This document shows, piece after piece, positions 12,593-24,684 of a stretch of 40,107 nucleotides of DNA. The position numbers were made by a program, and so were the translations under genes. Within the stretch, counting starts at the first letter, position 1, and every line of letters begins with the position of its first letter. Below the pieces are notes generated by a model, which ran no database searches, was not told where the DNA came from, and saw only the letters and a list, made by a program, of their open reading frames with translations. The stretch is taken from assembly GCF_001194135.2 (NCBI RefSeq), contig NC_068994.1, forward strand, positions 41,807,732 to 41,847,838, given 5' to 3'. This DNA is from Octopus bimaculoides. Taxonomy: Eukaryota.

Positions 12593-12899
12593 TGTATTAA
12601 TTGGCTCATTGGTTAGAGCATCAGGCTTACAATCGTGAGGTAGTGAGTTCAATTCTCAGACTGAGCTATTTGTTGTGTTCTTGACTAAGACACTTTATTT
12701 CATGTTGCTCAAGTTTACTCAGCTGTAGAAATGAGTTGTGACAGCATTTGCCTTTCCCTTGCATAACATCGATGTCATGGAGAGGGGAGGCTGGTATGTT
12801 GGTCTTCCATAAACATCTTTGACTGAACTTGTGCCTCGGAGGGTAACTTTCTGGATGCAATCCCACGGTCATTCATGGCCGAAGGGGGTGGGTCTTTAT
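12593..12899 (+). mobile_element. tRNA-derived SINE, third family (F); related fragments at about 37925-38005 and 38262-38368
   Basis: A box tggctcattgg and B box gagttcaattc, followed by ttgtgttcttgactaagacactttatttcatgttgctc, which recurs in the two other fragments. Confidence 0.75.
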
Positions 12900-14015
12900 A
12901 TTTTTTTACATTTCTTAAAATGACAGATATCAATCATCTCTAAAAAACATTTAATTAATCAGTAAATTAGTAAGATTTTTTTTGGCCCTCTTTTTAATGA
13001 AAAAATAAAACACAGTTTGTAACCATATAATTCTTTTGTTGTCATGTTTCTTGGTTCTACCCCATGATCCAATTTTTGTTATAATGTTGTGGCTTGTGAG
13101 TTTCAATCATCCAGAGATCTATGCCAGCTTAGCACAAGCTCCTTGTAAAGCCTTGGGATAACTTGGGGGTCTCAAAGCAAAACCAGTTTTCTCTATATGT
13201 TCTTTTATTAGTTATCAATGAATCATTTAACAGGGTGTGCATTCTTCTCTTTGTGTTTTTAACCAAACACCAGTAAAAATGAGGACAGGTGTACTACAAA
13301 TGTAGATTTAGCTCTTCAAAGATTCTGACCAAGAACTCAGTTCTCATTCCATTTGCAATGACATACTGACATGAATCTGGGTTCTGTTATCTTTTGTCAA
13401 TCAAAACAAAATCTAGAAATCACCTGAATTCACAGATAGATCTACGGATCATAAGCAGCAAGAAAAAAACCATGTTTTGATAAAAGTGATGAATGAGAAA
13501 CAGGATCATTGAATTTTATGTTCACAATGGTATTTGATTTCATTGTTTGGTTATTTCTATTTCGTTGATCTACATTTAATTTGCACATTACCTACTGAAT
13601 CAGAAGCATGTGTGTTTTTCTTTTTTTTTTTTTTTNNNNNNNNNNTTTTTTTTTTTTTTTTTTTCTGTATTCAATTTGTTCACACATACAACAATGAGTT
13701 GGTGAGTGGTTCAAATAACAACAGAAGACAGAGGAGGGAGGAAAGTAATCAGCTATTAGAAAATTACGTTTTTCATTTTTATATGTGATATTACTTTAGT
13801 AGGGGGTGGTGTCAAAATTTATCAAATATGCCTTTTATAGTATAGATTTGTAGGAGTGTAGGGCACAGAAAAGTTTGGGACCTATAATTAAAAGACTGTG
13901 TGTGTCTATGTATGTGTGTGTGTGTGTGTATTTGAGCATGTATAAGTATATATATAAATGTGTATATATATATATATGTGTGTGTGTGTGTATACATATA
14001 TGTATGTGTCTGTAT

Positions 14016-14076
<61 letters not shown>

Positions 14077-14511
14077 NNNNNNNNNNNNNNNNNNNNNNNN
14101 NNNNNNNNNNNNNNNNNNNNNNNNNNNNNNNNNNNNNNNNNNNNNNNNNNNNNNNNNNNNNNNNNNNNNNNNNNNNNNNNNNNNNNNNNNNNNNNNNNNN
14201 NNNNNNNNNNNNNNNNNNNNNNNNNNNNNNNNNNNNNNNNNNNNNNNNNNNNNNNNNNNNNNNNNNNNNNNNNNNNNNNNNNNNNNNNNNNNNNNNNNNN
14301 NNNNNNNNNNNNNNNNNNNNNNNNNNNNNNNNNNNNNNNNNNNNNNNNNNNNNNNNNNNNNNNNNNNNNNNNNNNNNNNNNNNNNNNNNNNNNNNNNNNN
14401 NNNNNNNNNNNNNNNNNNNNNNNNNNNNNNNNNNNNNNNNNNNNNNNNNNNNNNNNNNNNNNNNNNNNNNNNGTGTGTGTGTGTGTGTGTGTGTACATAT
14501 ATGTATATGTA

Positions 14512-14542
<31 letters not shown>

Positions 14543-15008
14543 GTGTGTGTGTGTGTTTGTATATGTGTATATATATATATATGTATTATTACATATATAT
14601 ATATACATACACATATATATATAGAGAGAGATACATACTTAAAGATATATATACATACGTATATATTGTTTTATATTTTAATCAACTTTTCTAGCATTGG
14701 TTAAAAGATTTTACAAATTTCATTAAGAAAATCCCATTACTATAAATATATTTTTCTCACTTTTGAAAAGATGAAGAAGGTCACCTTTTTTGGCCTCTTG
14801 GTGTGATGTTTTTAGTTTTACTTTAAGGTAATGCAGAGTAGTCTACCTTGCATGGAGGGTGGGATGGCAGGTACAGAAAAATTGTTGTCGGAAGTGTCAG
14901 ACTCACAAAATTGCAGTCGATACTCAATGCACTTTATTCGTGCCAACATCCTTCTTTAATTAAAAACTAAAGCCATACTCCAGCCCTAGTAATATTAGCA
15001 TCGGTATC

Positions 15009-15067
<59 letters not shown>

Positions 15068-15501
15068 CAAAAGCAGCAGCAACGGCGGCAGTGGTAGCAA
15101 CAGCATGAGCTACAGCTGCAGCAATAGTAGCAGCAATGTGACCTATTTTTTTTTTCAATATATCAGAATAAGGCAAGCAGAGTAATGTACCTTGCATAAA
15201 TGCTCAACGAGACTGATTGGAGCTATAATATTCTTTGGCAATATATTGATTTGTTCTGACTATACACACAAAGCCAATTGTTATAAAGGAATGTATTTAT
15301 GTTCAATTGAAATGTTTCCAGTGTATTTCTGGTATTCATTCTATCACTCTGCTCCTGAAGGGTTTTAATTTAAGCTTTGGCAAGTAAATGAATGTGCATG
15401 GAGTAATGTTTCTATACTAACGAATGATGATACACACACCCATCTATATCTAACACACACACACACACATGCACACATATACACACATGCACATACATAT
15501 C

Positions 15502-15936
15502 AGAAAGAATTGAGATGTTGTGGGCAATCCGTGTGTGTGTGGATGGATAATCGTATACTTTCACTTAGAGACTCTGAAAAGAAAGTGGTATGGAAGTGCT
15601 ACTATGAAAAGCTATTAAATGTGGAGCCAACATAGGGACCAACTATTCTGGTTGACAGCAGCATGATGGATAAAGCAATTAAGGAAATGAAAGCAGGGTG
15701 AAGCCCCCTGATCCATCAGGAGTCAACTCTGAAATGCTTAAAATACCTGGCTGAGTAGGATACAGTTATCTGCATAGTAAAACAGATTATACAGGAAATT
15801 GTTATACACAATAACTGGCATAGAAGAATTATAGTCAAGAGTAAAGGAGATGCTTTAGTTAGAAGTATTTACAGAGATATCACATTGCTGAACCAAGTCT
15901 GAAAGATGGAGGAAGCGTCATAGCCCAACTAATTAT
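15502..15936 (+). mobile_element. RTE-clade LINE fragment (region leading into the reverse transcriptase), pseudogenised
   Basis: Frameshifted translation LSLRDSEKKVVWKCYYEKLLNVE...DKAIKEMKAG..PSGVNSEMLK...W..IIV..KGDAL...YRDITLL matches the KAPGPSG/KGKGDAL/NYRGIKLL pattern of RTE ORFs. Confidence 0.85.
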
Positions 15937-16378
15937 TGACGGCTTTGCCCTGTCTTTGTCCTTCTCACATATAACCACCCTTACACACCTTTCACATCCA
16001 TCCCTGTCTCTGCCAATCCTTCTCTATTTCTCTCTGTCTATCTCTCTCTTTCTGTCCCAACTCTCCTACCACATACATAATCTCCTTATTTCCTAATCTA
16101 TCAACAGATTTATTATACTACTGCTATCCACTCTTCCTGTACTGTCACCTATAAACCTCTTCCTTCCTGAGACATTTTTTTTTTCACCTTCCCCTTTCAG
16201 ACTGATATTTAGAGGCGACCACTTGTTAACCTTTCTTCACCATTCACTAATGTCACCTACACTCCCACTTCTAACCATCTATCACTCTCCTCTTGCACAT
16301 TTAGGAAATTACCACCCATCTTTCATGATCTACTGTCCATATTCTCTCATATACTTACCTTCTTGTATCCTGAAAGTA

Positions 16379-17258
16379 TGAGGTGGCATCAAGAAGTTTG
16401 CAGACTTGTTCTGTAGCACGCCAATGGTTGTGTATGCAGTGAGAGATAGTAACCTTCATGGGGCAGTGTGCCAAGTGACATTGCTGTGTTTTCTTTGCAA
16501 GATGTGAAATTTGTACATTTGTGATCATGCATATACTGTAGTCTGCGATTTTGTCATGGACAAGAACAAAGAGCCAACATGAAATCTTGCGTTAAACTTA
16601 AGAAGTCTGCTAGAAAGACATTGAGCATGCTTCAGCAAGCTTACAGCAATGAAACAATGGGTCATATGCAATGTTTAGAGTGGCACAAGCACTTCAAAAG
16701 CAGAAGAAGGTCCATGTAAGATGATAAGCAATCTGGAAGACCTGCCACAAGTGCCACATCAAAAATGTAGTATTGTGCATCAAGAATTCATCCCCCAGGG
16801 CCAGACTGTTCTACTGCAATGCTTTGAAGCCTTTGAGGTCAGACATTCAGCAAAAGTGACTGGATCCGTGGGGCACGAAGAATTGGATTCTTTACAACGA
16901 CAATGCACCCTTTCACCAAGCTGTCCTCACTCATTTCTCAACATGGTATCACTTCTGCACCCGCCCTATTCACCAAATTTAGCACCTGCAGACATCCATC
17001 TTTTCCTCAAGACGAAAATGCGGCTCAAAAGTCACCATCTTAACACCACTGTCAAGATTCAGAGTCAGTCGCAGAAGGTCCTCAACTCACTTACAGAAAA
17101 TGAGTTGCAAGCTCAATTCCAAAACTGGCAGGAATGCTGGGACCGGTGTAGTGCTGAGCAAGGTGACTATTTCACAGGAAATGATGTTAAGACTTAAGTA
17201 AATAAGTAATATTTTAATTAAACATAACTAGTCTTGGAAATTTTTTGATACCATCTTG
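16379..17258 (+). mobile_element. Mariner (Tc1/mariner) DNA transposon, decayed, with internal deletion
   Basis: TA at 16377-16378 and degenerate ~29-bp TIRs (tgaggtggcatcaagaagtttgcagact / reverse complement caagatggtatcaaaaaatttccaagact). N-terminal HTH remnant EQRANMKSCVKL...EWHKHFK...DDKQSGRP. C-terminal remnant IVHQEFIPQGQTV...NDNAP...HPPYSPNLAPAD...WDRC...GDYF, with stops and frameshifts. Confidence 0.92.
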
Positions 17259-17260
17259 TG

Positions 17261-17303
<43 letters not shown>

Positions 17304-17313
17304 NNNNNNNNNN

Positions 17314-17347
<34 letters not shown>

Positions 17348-17689
17348 CACACACGCACACACATATATATACACACACCCACACATACATATGGGTCTTT
17401 TTTGCCCATTCCGTAAACCTAATAAATTTGTGTCATATTTAAACGTCTCATCAAATCATCCAAGATCTACAATAGATAGTATTGTTACGGGCATTTCGAT
17501 TAGAATATCAAATGATGATGATGACCTTGGGTGAGTTTTTGAGACACATTTCACAAATACAAGCATCTTATATGTCATTAAAATAGTATATGTCTAGAAA
17601 TGGTTCTCTTATAGCAATTAAGTGTAAAACAGGTAAACATGTAGTGAATAGATGTAAGGAAAATCTGTTGAAATGTCAAATATTTGTAC

Positions 17690-17810
17690 ATAGGTGTGGT
17701 TTTTAGCTGTGGTTCTTAGTATTCTGGGCTCAAGTCATTTTGCTAAGTTTGCGTTTTCCATCCTTGTAAGGTTGATAAAACGAAATACCAGTGAAGTACT
17801 CTTGATTAAT
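17690..17810 (+). mobile_element. SINE family B, degenerate
   Basis: ttctgggctcaagt...ttttccatcctt..gttgataaaa..aataccagt. Confidence 0.5.
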
Positions 17811-18266
17811 TTTTTGTGAATGTGTTTCTTAACCAAAATGTCTGACCTTGCATCTAAGCTAGAAATCATTATCATCATCATCAAAAACAAAATGACAGCA
17901 AAGTTCCATCACATTTACACAAGACATTTTGACTGAGGGTTTTATTTCCTGTTTTTTTTTGTTTTTTTTTCCTTCTTCTTTTCTCTTTACCTTTGTTACC
18001 AGTTGTGAAAAAGTGAAAATTGATGACTTTTCTTTGTCTAAAAAGGAACCCTGGATATTCCAGTTCAAAGTTTGAATTTCTGTATTTCTGCACATTTTTC
18101 AGTTTTCATTATGAAGTCAAAGAAGACAGACATGCAGTTGAAATATTGTTCAATTCAATAAACAGTCAATCTTTATTATTACAAATCATATTGTACTCTT
18201 CTCATTGTGTATTATTATTATCATTGTTATTATTCTGACTTTTCAATTTTCTTCAAAGTAGAAAAG

Positions 18267-18579
18267 ATTATTATTATTGCCTTTGCACAGCTTCTAATGC
18301 TGGACATGTACTATGGTATCAGCTGTTCACTACCAGTGAACTAAGTTAACACCTCTTATTTTTCAAGCATCTTCCAGAGTATTCAAGCGGTTCCAAGTAG
18401 TGCTGTTTTCTGCAAGTGCTCCTCCCTTATTGCAGCCCTTATATGTTCCATGTACGTCTCAAGATTTTTACTCACTGTTCACAGGGCTCCGACAATTATT
18501 GGTACCACTACCACCTTTTTCATCAACCACAACTGCTTTACCTCCCAAGCTAACTTGTCATACCTGTCAACTTTTCAGC
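18267..18579 (-). mobile_element. 5'-truncated RLE-type (R4/Dong-like) LINE: ORF end, 3'UTR and (AAT)n tail
   Basis: Translation KVDRYDKLAWEVKQLWLMKKVVVVPIIVGAL*TVSKNLETYMEHI...LQKTALLGTA*ILWKMLEK* (stop 18358-18356). Tail at 18267-18278. The 5' junction abuts (TAT)n at 18580-18647. Confidence 0.8.
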
Positions 18580-18591
18580 TATTATTATTAC

Positions 18592-18624
<33 letters not shown>

Positions 18625-18644
18625 CATTATTATTATTATTATTA

Positions 18645-18848
18645 TTAAGGTGGACAAAACACTTAGTGATATTTTGTCCATCTTTTATGTTTTATGTTCA
18701 AATTCCATTGTGGTCAACTTTGTCTTTCATCCTTTTAGCATTGATAAATCAAGTACCAGTGAAGCACTGAAATTGATATAACCAAATAACTCCCTCCAAC
18801 TAAATTTCAGGCCTTGTACCTATAGCAGAAGGTATTTTTATTATTATT
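18645..18848 (+). mobile_element. SINE family B
   Basis: gttcaaattcc...ctttcatcc...agtaccagtgaagcactg...aaatttcaggccttgt; (ATT)n on both sides. Confidence 0.85.
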
Positions 18849-19534
18849 GGTTGAGCAGTAGTTTGAAAGTGTTAGTAAGGTTAGGGACAAAATATTTGGC
18901 TGCATTTGTATGTTGATGTCTCTTTTATCTTTTGGTAGTCATTATAATGAAGCATCACTTAAGACTTAGGTTAATATAACAGTCTGCACAACTATGCTAC
19001 ATCCCTATAAACATCTGTGCTGTCATGGCTAATTTAGAAATAATTATTAATAATCAAGCAAAATAAAATTAATCATCAGTCATCCTTATATTAACATTGC
19101 ATTAACTCAAAAGTTACATTTCAATATTCTCTTAATTACTGTTGTATTACACATTCATAAACATTTTGAAATATTTATTTGTAATAGTTTAGTCCCCAAA
19201 TAATGGACTGTGTTTCATTCTTCCTTTTTTTGCTTTTTTTCTCCTGGAAGTTGTATACCTTCTGTTCAGTCTCAGCTATTGAGAAACATAACAACTTTAA
19301 GAATATTGCATAATATATTTAATGAATGTGCAACCAAAGCATTCTTTTCAATTGCATATTTCTGATCTCCATCACTAAAAAGATATCTACCCTGTAACTG
19401 GCTGTTTTACACAAACAAAACCTTTTATGCTCTTCATGTAAATAAGGAAGGAAGGAAAAGTATAGGCATGGTTCTTGGGTTAAGTTCATCTTGCAACCAG
19501 GATGTCTGAGTATGATCACTCTACAAGGTATAAA

Positions 19535-19625
19535 AGGCAAATGTCTTCTATTATAGCACCTTGCTGTTCGTTATTTTGTGAATGAAGATTGGTAGGCAGA
19601 AACTGTGCAGAAGCCTTTCGTATAC
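19535..19625 (+). mobile_element. SINE family A core fragment
   Basis: ggcaaatgtcttctattatagc...gattggtaggcagaaactgtgcagaagcc matches the family core. Confidence 0.6.
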
Positions 19626-20205
19626 ATCTACCTATTTGCCCTAAACATGTGTGTGTGNNNNNNNNNNNNNNNNNNAAAAAAAAAAAAAAAAAAAAACTAT
19701 AGATGTATGTTAGCCATTGTATAGATAGCTGCAATGAATTGAGAAAACAACTATGTGCTGAGGTTGACATAAATAACTAAAGAAGTATTCCCTTTAGGAA
19801 GTTGAATTTCATGACTCCACAGTGATAACCAATGAAAGAATTATTTTTATATTTGGTAAATATTAATTAACTGCATTTGGTAGATGAATAGCTTTTATAT
19901 GAACAATATTTTACCTGTTTCCTACAGAATAAGTGTCAAAATATACTTCCATGTATCAATGTTTGTTTATATATATATCTACTTATATATAAAATCAAGT
20001 CAATCATTAAACTCAAGGATCACTCAATATTTCTGAGCAGATTATCATATATATTTTATTATAAAAAAACAAAAAAACAACAGAAAGCAAAAAACAAAAT
20101 AAGAGAAAGTTTGTCTAGTGAAGGCTATGAAACCAATACTTTGAAATAACATTCAATCTTGTGTTTGTAAAAAATAACATATATGCATGTACATAAATAT
20201 ATATA

Positions 20206-20256
<51 letters not shown>

Positions 20257-20888
20257 TACATATATGCATACATACATACATACATATATATNNNNNNNNN
20301 NNNNNNNNNNNNNNNNNNNNNNNNNNNNNNNNNNNNNNNNNNNNNNNNNNNNNNNNNNNNNNNNNNNNNNNNNNNNNNNNNNNNNNNNNNNNNNNNNNNN
20401 NNNNNNNNNNNNNNNNNNATATATATATATATATATATATAGTGAGTTCATAGGGTTATTGAATCCAGGTAGGTACCGTTTAAGCACTCTAGTATAATCC
20501 AGGTTCTGGCTAACCATATCAAATGATATAGATAACTGGGGATTATTTAAGGTAAACAATCACATGGTATTTCACCCGATGAGTAAATCCTGAGTTTGCT
20601 TCATTGGATTATAAACAGTTTACAGAGTGTATATTCAAGACATTAAAATAAAGATGGAGAATCTATACATTTTTTTAAAATTATTATTTCAGCCTTTTAT
20701 ACAGTATATTCTCTTTAAACATCCAACTGACATATGTTTCTGTTGTGTGAATATCTTGTTAGGTATATATATATATATATACATATATATACATATTTTT
20801 TTAATTAGTAAAGCATATTCTCTACCTCTGGTATTTGAGTACTATTTTTTCCACCTTTGTTTCACATTTATGTGCTTACTCTGGTGTG

Positions 20889-20921
<33 letters not shown>

Positions 20922-21048
20922 GTTAATTCTCTAAATGAAGTATTAACAGTAACTGCACGATAAAGCTGGAGGAGATGTCCTCCTGGGGCTAAAAGCAACA
21001 GTAACATCCACCCCTAGGGGTCAGCCACACTTAAGTGGCAATATACTA

Positions 21049-21122
<74 letters not shown>

Positions 21123-21580
21123 TTGTATATATATTTATGTATATATATATATATATAATGTATACATGTATACACACACAAATACACTCACACACATTTA
21201 TATAAATTAGAAGTAAAATAGCCTACATCTGGCCTATGATAATTTGAATGAGTTGATGTATTAATGCTCACTATGATCTTGTTTTTTTTTTTCTACCTTG
21301 GAATTGAATTTTACAGCAAGAGAACAATCATTATTGTCACAAGAAATATCTTCCAATTTCTAGGCAGGTAAGCTGAGGCAAGTAGAGTTATATGTCATGC
21401 CCCGAACACAAGGGTAATCAATGTCCAGAGTAAGATCTCAATATAAGGGCCAGGGGTCTCACAGTTAAGATCTGCTGCTATAATTCCCCTTTGATTAGAC
21501 AAAAATATAAAGAAAAATCAAAGACAATTTTTCTATTGAAGTGAAAATATTTATTGTACACTTTTCTGACAATGAACATC

Positions 21581-21748
21581 TTAGAGCATACCTGCTATCT
21601 CTTCATACAGTCCGGTTTGTCCATCGCTCCATTTATGATGAGAGCCTAGATGAGTTGCGATTCTGTCACTCTGCTTGTGTGGAACCATACAAGTGCTCTC
21701 TTGAACTCCTTTCCCTCCAGCTGTCACAGCTACTTGCTGTACATATAT
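21581..21748 (-). CDS. PCDH: Protocadherin cytoplasmic exon 2 (IYVQQVAVTAGGKGVQESTCMVPHKQSDRIATHLGSHHKWSDGQTGLYEEIAGML*)
   Basis: Acceptor gttattacctAG|ATA at 21749/21748. Open in phase 0, matching the exon-1 donor. Ends either at donor CAG|GTATGC (21592, phase 1) or reads through to TAA at 21583-21581, with AATAAA at 21555-21550. Non-repetitive, higher-GC island. Not confirmed by transcript data. Confidence 0.7.
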   Translation of the reverse strand: MYVQQVAVTAGGKGVQESTCMVPHKQSDRIATHLGSHHKWSDGQTGLYEEIAGML

Positions 21749-21846
21749 CTAGGTAATAACATTATACAGAATAATGCTAGGTTTCAGGTAAGCAGAAAGA
21801 TAAATTCAACTACACTGCTGTAGCAGAAGTATGGTAAATTATCAAA

Positions 21847-22008
21847 GACAATGTGGTTGTGTGGTAAGAAGTTTGCTTCCCAACCACATGGTTCTGGGTT
21901 CAGTCGCAATGTGTGGCACCTTGGGCAAGTGTCTTGTACTATAGCTTCTGGCTGACCAAAGCCTTGTGAGTGGATTTGGTAGACAGAAAATGAAAGAAGC
22001 CCATCGTT

Positions 22009-22044
<36 letters not shown>

Positions 22045-22352
22045 CAGACACACACACATATATACACACACACACACACACATACACACATACACACACA
22101 TGTATGTATGTATTTATCTATGTGTGTGTGTGTCTTTGTGTCTGTATTTGTCCACTCATCACTGCTTGACAGCCAGTGTTGGTGTGTTTACGTCCCCATA
22201 ACCTAGCAGTTCGACAAAAGAGTCTGATAGAATAAGTACTAGGCTTTAAAAACAAATAAGTCCTGGGGTCGATTTGTTCAACTAAAACCCTTCAGCATGA
22301 CTGCAGTCAAATGACTGAAACATTTAAAAGAATTAAAACAATAAAAGAATAA
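21847..22352 (+). mobile_element. tRNA-derived SINE, family A, with expanded internal microsatellite
   Basis: Pol III A/B-box-like head, ccttgggcaagtgtct core and conserved 3' part. Lies about 100 bp from the exon-2 acceptor. Confidence 0.9.
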
Positions 22353-23859
22353 CTAAATATGACCTTCTGACATGGTAACAATGTTAATAAAATTTTGCAG
22401 CAATATTCATTTATCATAAATTCTATTGTTCATAATTTTTACATCATTTTGATATTTTAATGGAACTAAATCAAACAGATTATCAAGGACATATTAGTTT
22501 TGTATGTATGTGTGTATACATGTTTGTATGTGAGTGCATATAATTGTGCATGTTTGTTTGTTGAATTTGTGTATGAGTGCATTTGTATGTGTATGTATGC
22601 ATTCATATTGAGATTAGTTAAAAAATTATCTCCTCCCAATAGATAATATGTGAAAAAATTAAATACAATGATAGTGGAAAAATGAATTGTAAAATAATTA
22701 ATTAACTGTGATAACACTGGAAGATAGGACATGTTTTAGTTTCCATTGAAGCAGAGGAAATAAATACAACTCGGATATACATTGGCAGTTTCATTTGAAA
22801 TATTTTTGTCTGAATTCAATACAGCAGACCATGGCCACCAAGTCAGCCTACAAAACCAATGGCTCTAGTTTGAGGATGTTTACTGGAGCCAGAGAGGATG
22901 TTTTTGGCTAGAATGATCCTGAAGATGTTACATGCAGATTCACTCTAGAAAATGGTTTTGGAAACCAGGCCTTAACCCTATCCATGGCATGTTACAGGGT
23001 TCCTGAGTTAGGTTGGCCCCACTTGCAAGATCAAAAATACAAATTGATTTGTAGATTGAGATATAGAAACAAGAAAAAGGGGGAATGAGGAAGAGGGGGT
23101 GATTATGAGTCCTTTACAATTAAAAATTTCATCATCTTTATGAGAAATTATCTCATCCATCTGTTCTTTTTATGATAATTTTGTACATCATTAAAACTGA
23201 CCAACCCATTTCACTTGATTCCACTACCTTATCCTCTTCTATCTTATTGAGTGGGTATCCTTTCTCTATATTGCAGTTTAACGAGTGCCACCAACTCTGT
23301 GAGAAAGTACTTAAGGGTTTGATATTTTTCTTTTTTCATTCCCTTTCTCTTTTTAAAGTATTTTCTGTAAGTGCTATGGCCATCTTCATTCTTCAAGTCT
23401 ATTGCATACAGGCATGTGCTTCCCTTGGCTGTGGAACATAAAAAAAAAAAAAGTTCTAAGAATAATTTTCAAAGCAGATAAACTATAATAGCGGTAATTT
23501 ATAAGGTCAATTTAGTATAGAAAAAAATAACAAAGTATTTATCTCAGAAATCAATATATTTTGAAGAATATTCTGAAAAAATTTATATGTGTAAAGTAAT
23601 TGATTTACAATAAGTATAGTTAGTGGAAAAGCTAATTAATAATATTTCATTTCTGTATTTGATTTTGTAAACTCATGTGTTGGAATATATTTTATTTATC
23701 TCAAAAAGGTTTTTGGCTAATAATAAACACACACGCTGATTCTATTTCACTTCCCTATTATTCATCAGTTGGTTAATTATTTAACCAATTAATATTGATT
23801 ATTTGATTAACCATTTTTTCAGTCAGTTCATTCGCTAGGTTTGTCAAAGTTCTTTGACC

Positions 23860-23949
23860 ACCATTTGCAATCTCATCAATGACATGCCTTCTCTACTCTG
23901 GTTTGCTTCAGGAGAGAGACCATGTCATCAATGAGATTGAGCAAATGGT
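23860..23949 (-). other. 90-nt stem-loop within a ~270-bp imperfect palindrome (about 23765-24035)
   Basis: Outer stem of 9+8+8 Watson-Crick pairs, one 2-nt bulge, and a 2x2 position that is G-U/U-G on the minus strand. Confidence 0.8.
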
Positions 23950-24424
23950 AACTGACAAGCTTAACTGGTTGATTGATTGACTGAATGATTAATCAAACAA
24001 TCATTTAGTTAACTGGTTGATTAGTTAGCAATTGACAAATAAACAATAAAGAAATGAACTAGAACTAGTGCATGCATTCATTATTTGCAAAATTACTCTC
24101 CCAAGATTCAACAAAATAATTAGTAGTTATGATATCATTAATATTTACTGATTTCTTTTTAACTAAACTGCCAAAGCAATTTTAGCAAGGGATCATTGCA
24201 AACAACTAAATGGGTCAAAGTATATTGTTGGTGCTTTATCAACCACTCCAAAGCAAAGAAGGTAAATCTAATCTAGCCATGATCTCAAGTTGGAACCGTT
24301 CAGCTTCTAACTTTGTAACCATCATCACGGCTGGCTCACTCAGATCTATGTTAGTATGTTACATTAAATGCTTAAATAATAATTTGTAATATGGTTGCAA
24401 GCCCACAGAATCTTTGAGAAAGAA

Positions 24425-24590
24425 GAACGAATTAAATCAAGTCCACTAATTAAGTGGAAATGATTTCATAGAACACAGATGTATGAAAGGCATAGTTTGT
24501 TTCCAGCAGGACTTGAAATTCAGAATGTAAAAGAGTAAAATTATAGACCACAAAGCATTTCACATATTCTGTCTGTCATAATACTTTAAT
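24425..24590 (-). mobile_element. SINE family B, degenerate, inverted
   Basis: gacttgaaattcagaatgtaaa...accacaaagcattt corresponds to the inverted B-box region. Confidence 0.5.
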
Positions 24591-24684
24591 TGATTAAATA
24601 AAACTAAGTGTTTAATGGTCATAAATTAGTTCCTTTTAGGGGAAAAAAATGTAGTACATTAAATCAACTAAATATATTAGTTTA

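Noticed and set aside
12593-12665. tRNA-like A/B boxes here and in other SINE heads
   Set aside because: No complete cloverleaf, and each continues into a SINE body. These are SINE heads, not tRNA genes.
21541-21756. 71-aa plus-strand ORF with donor-like sites nearby
   Set aside because: Best explained as the shadow of exon 2 on the minus strand, whose phase and splice sites match exon 1.
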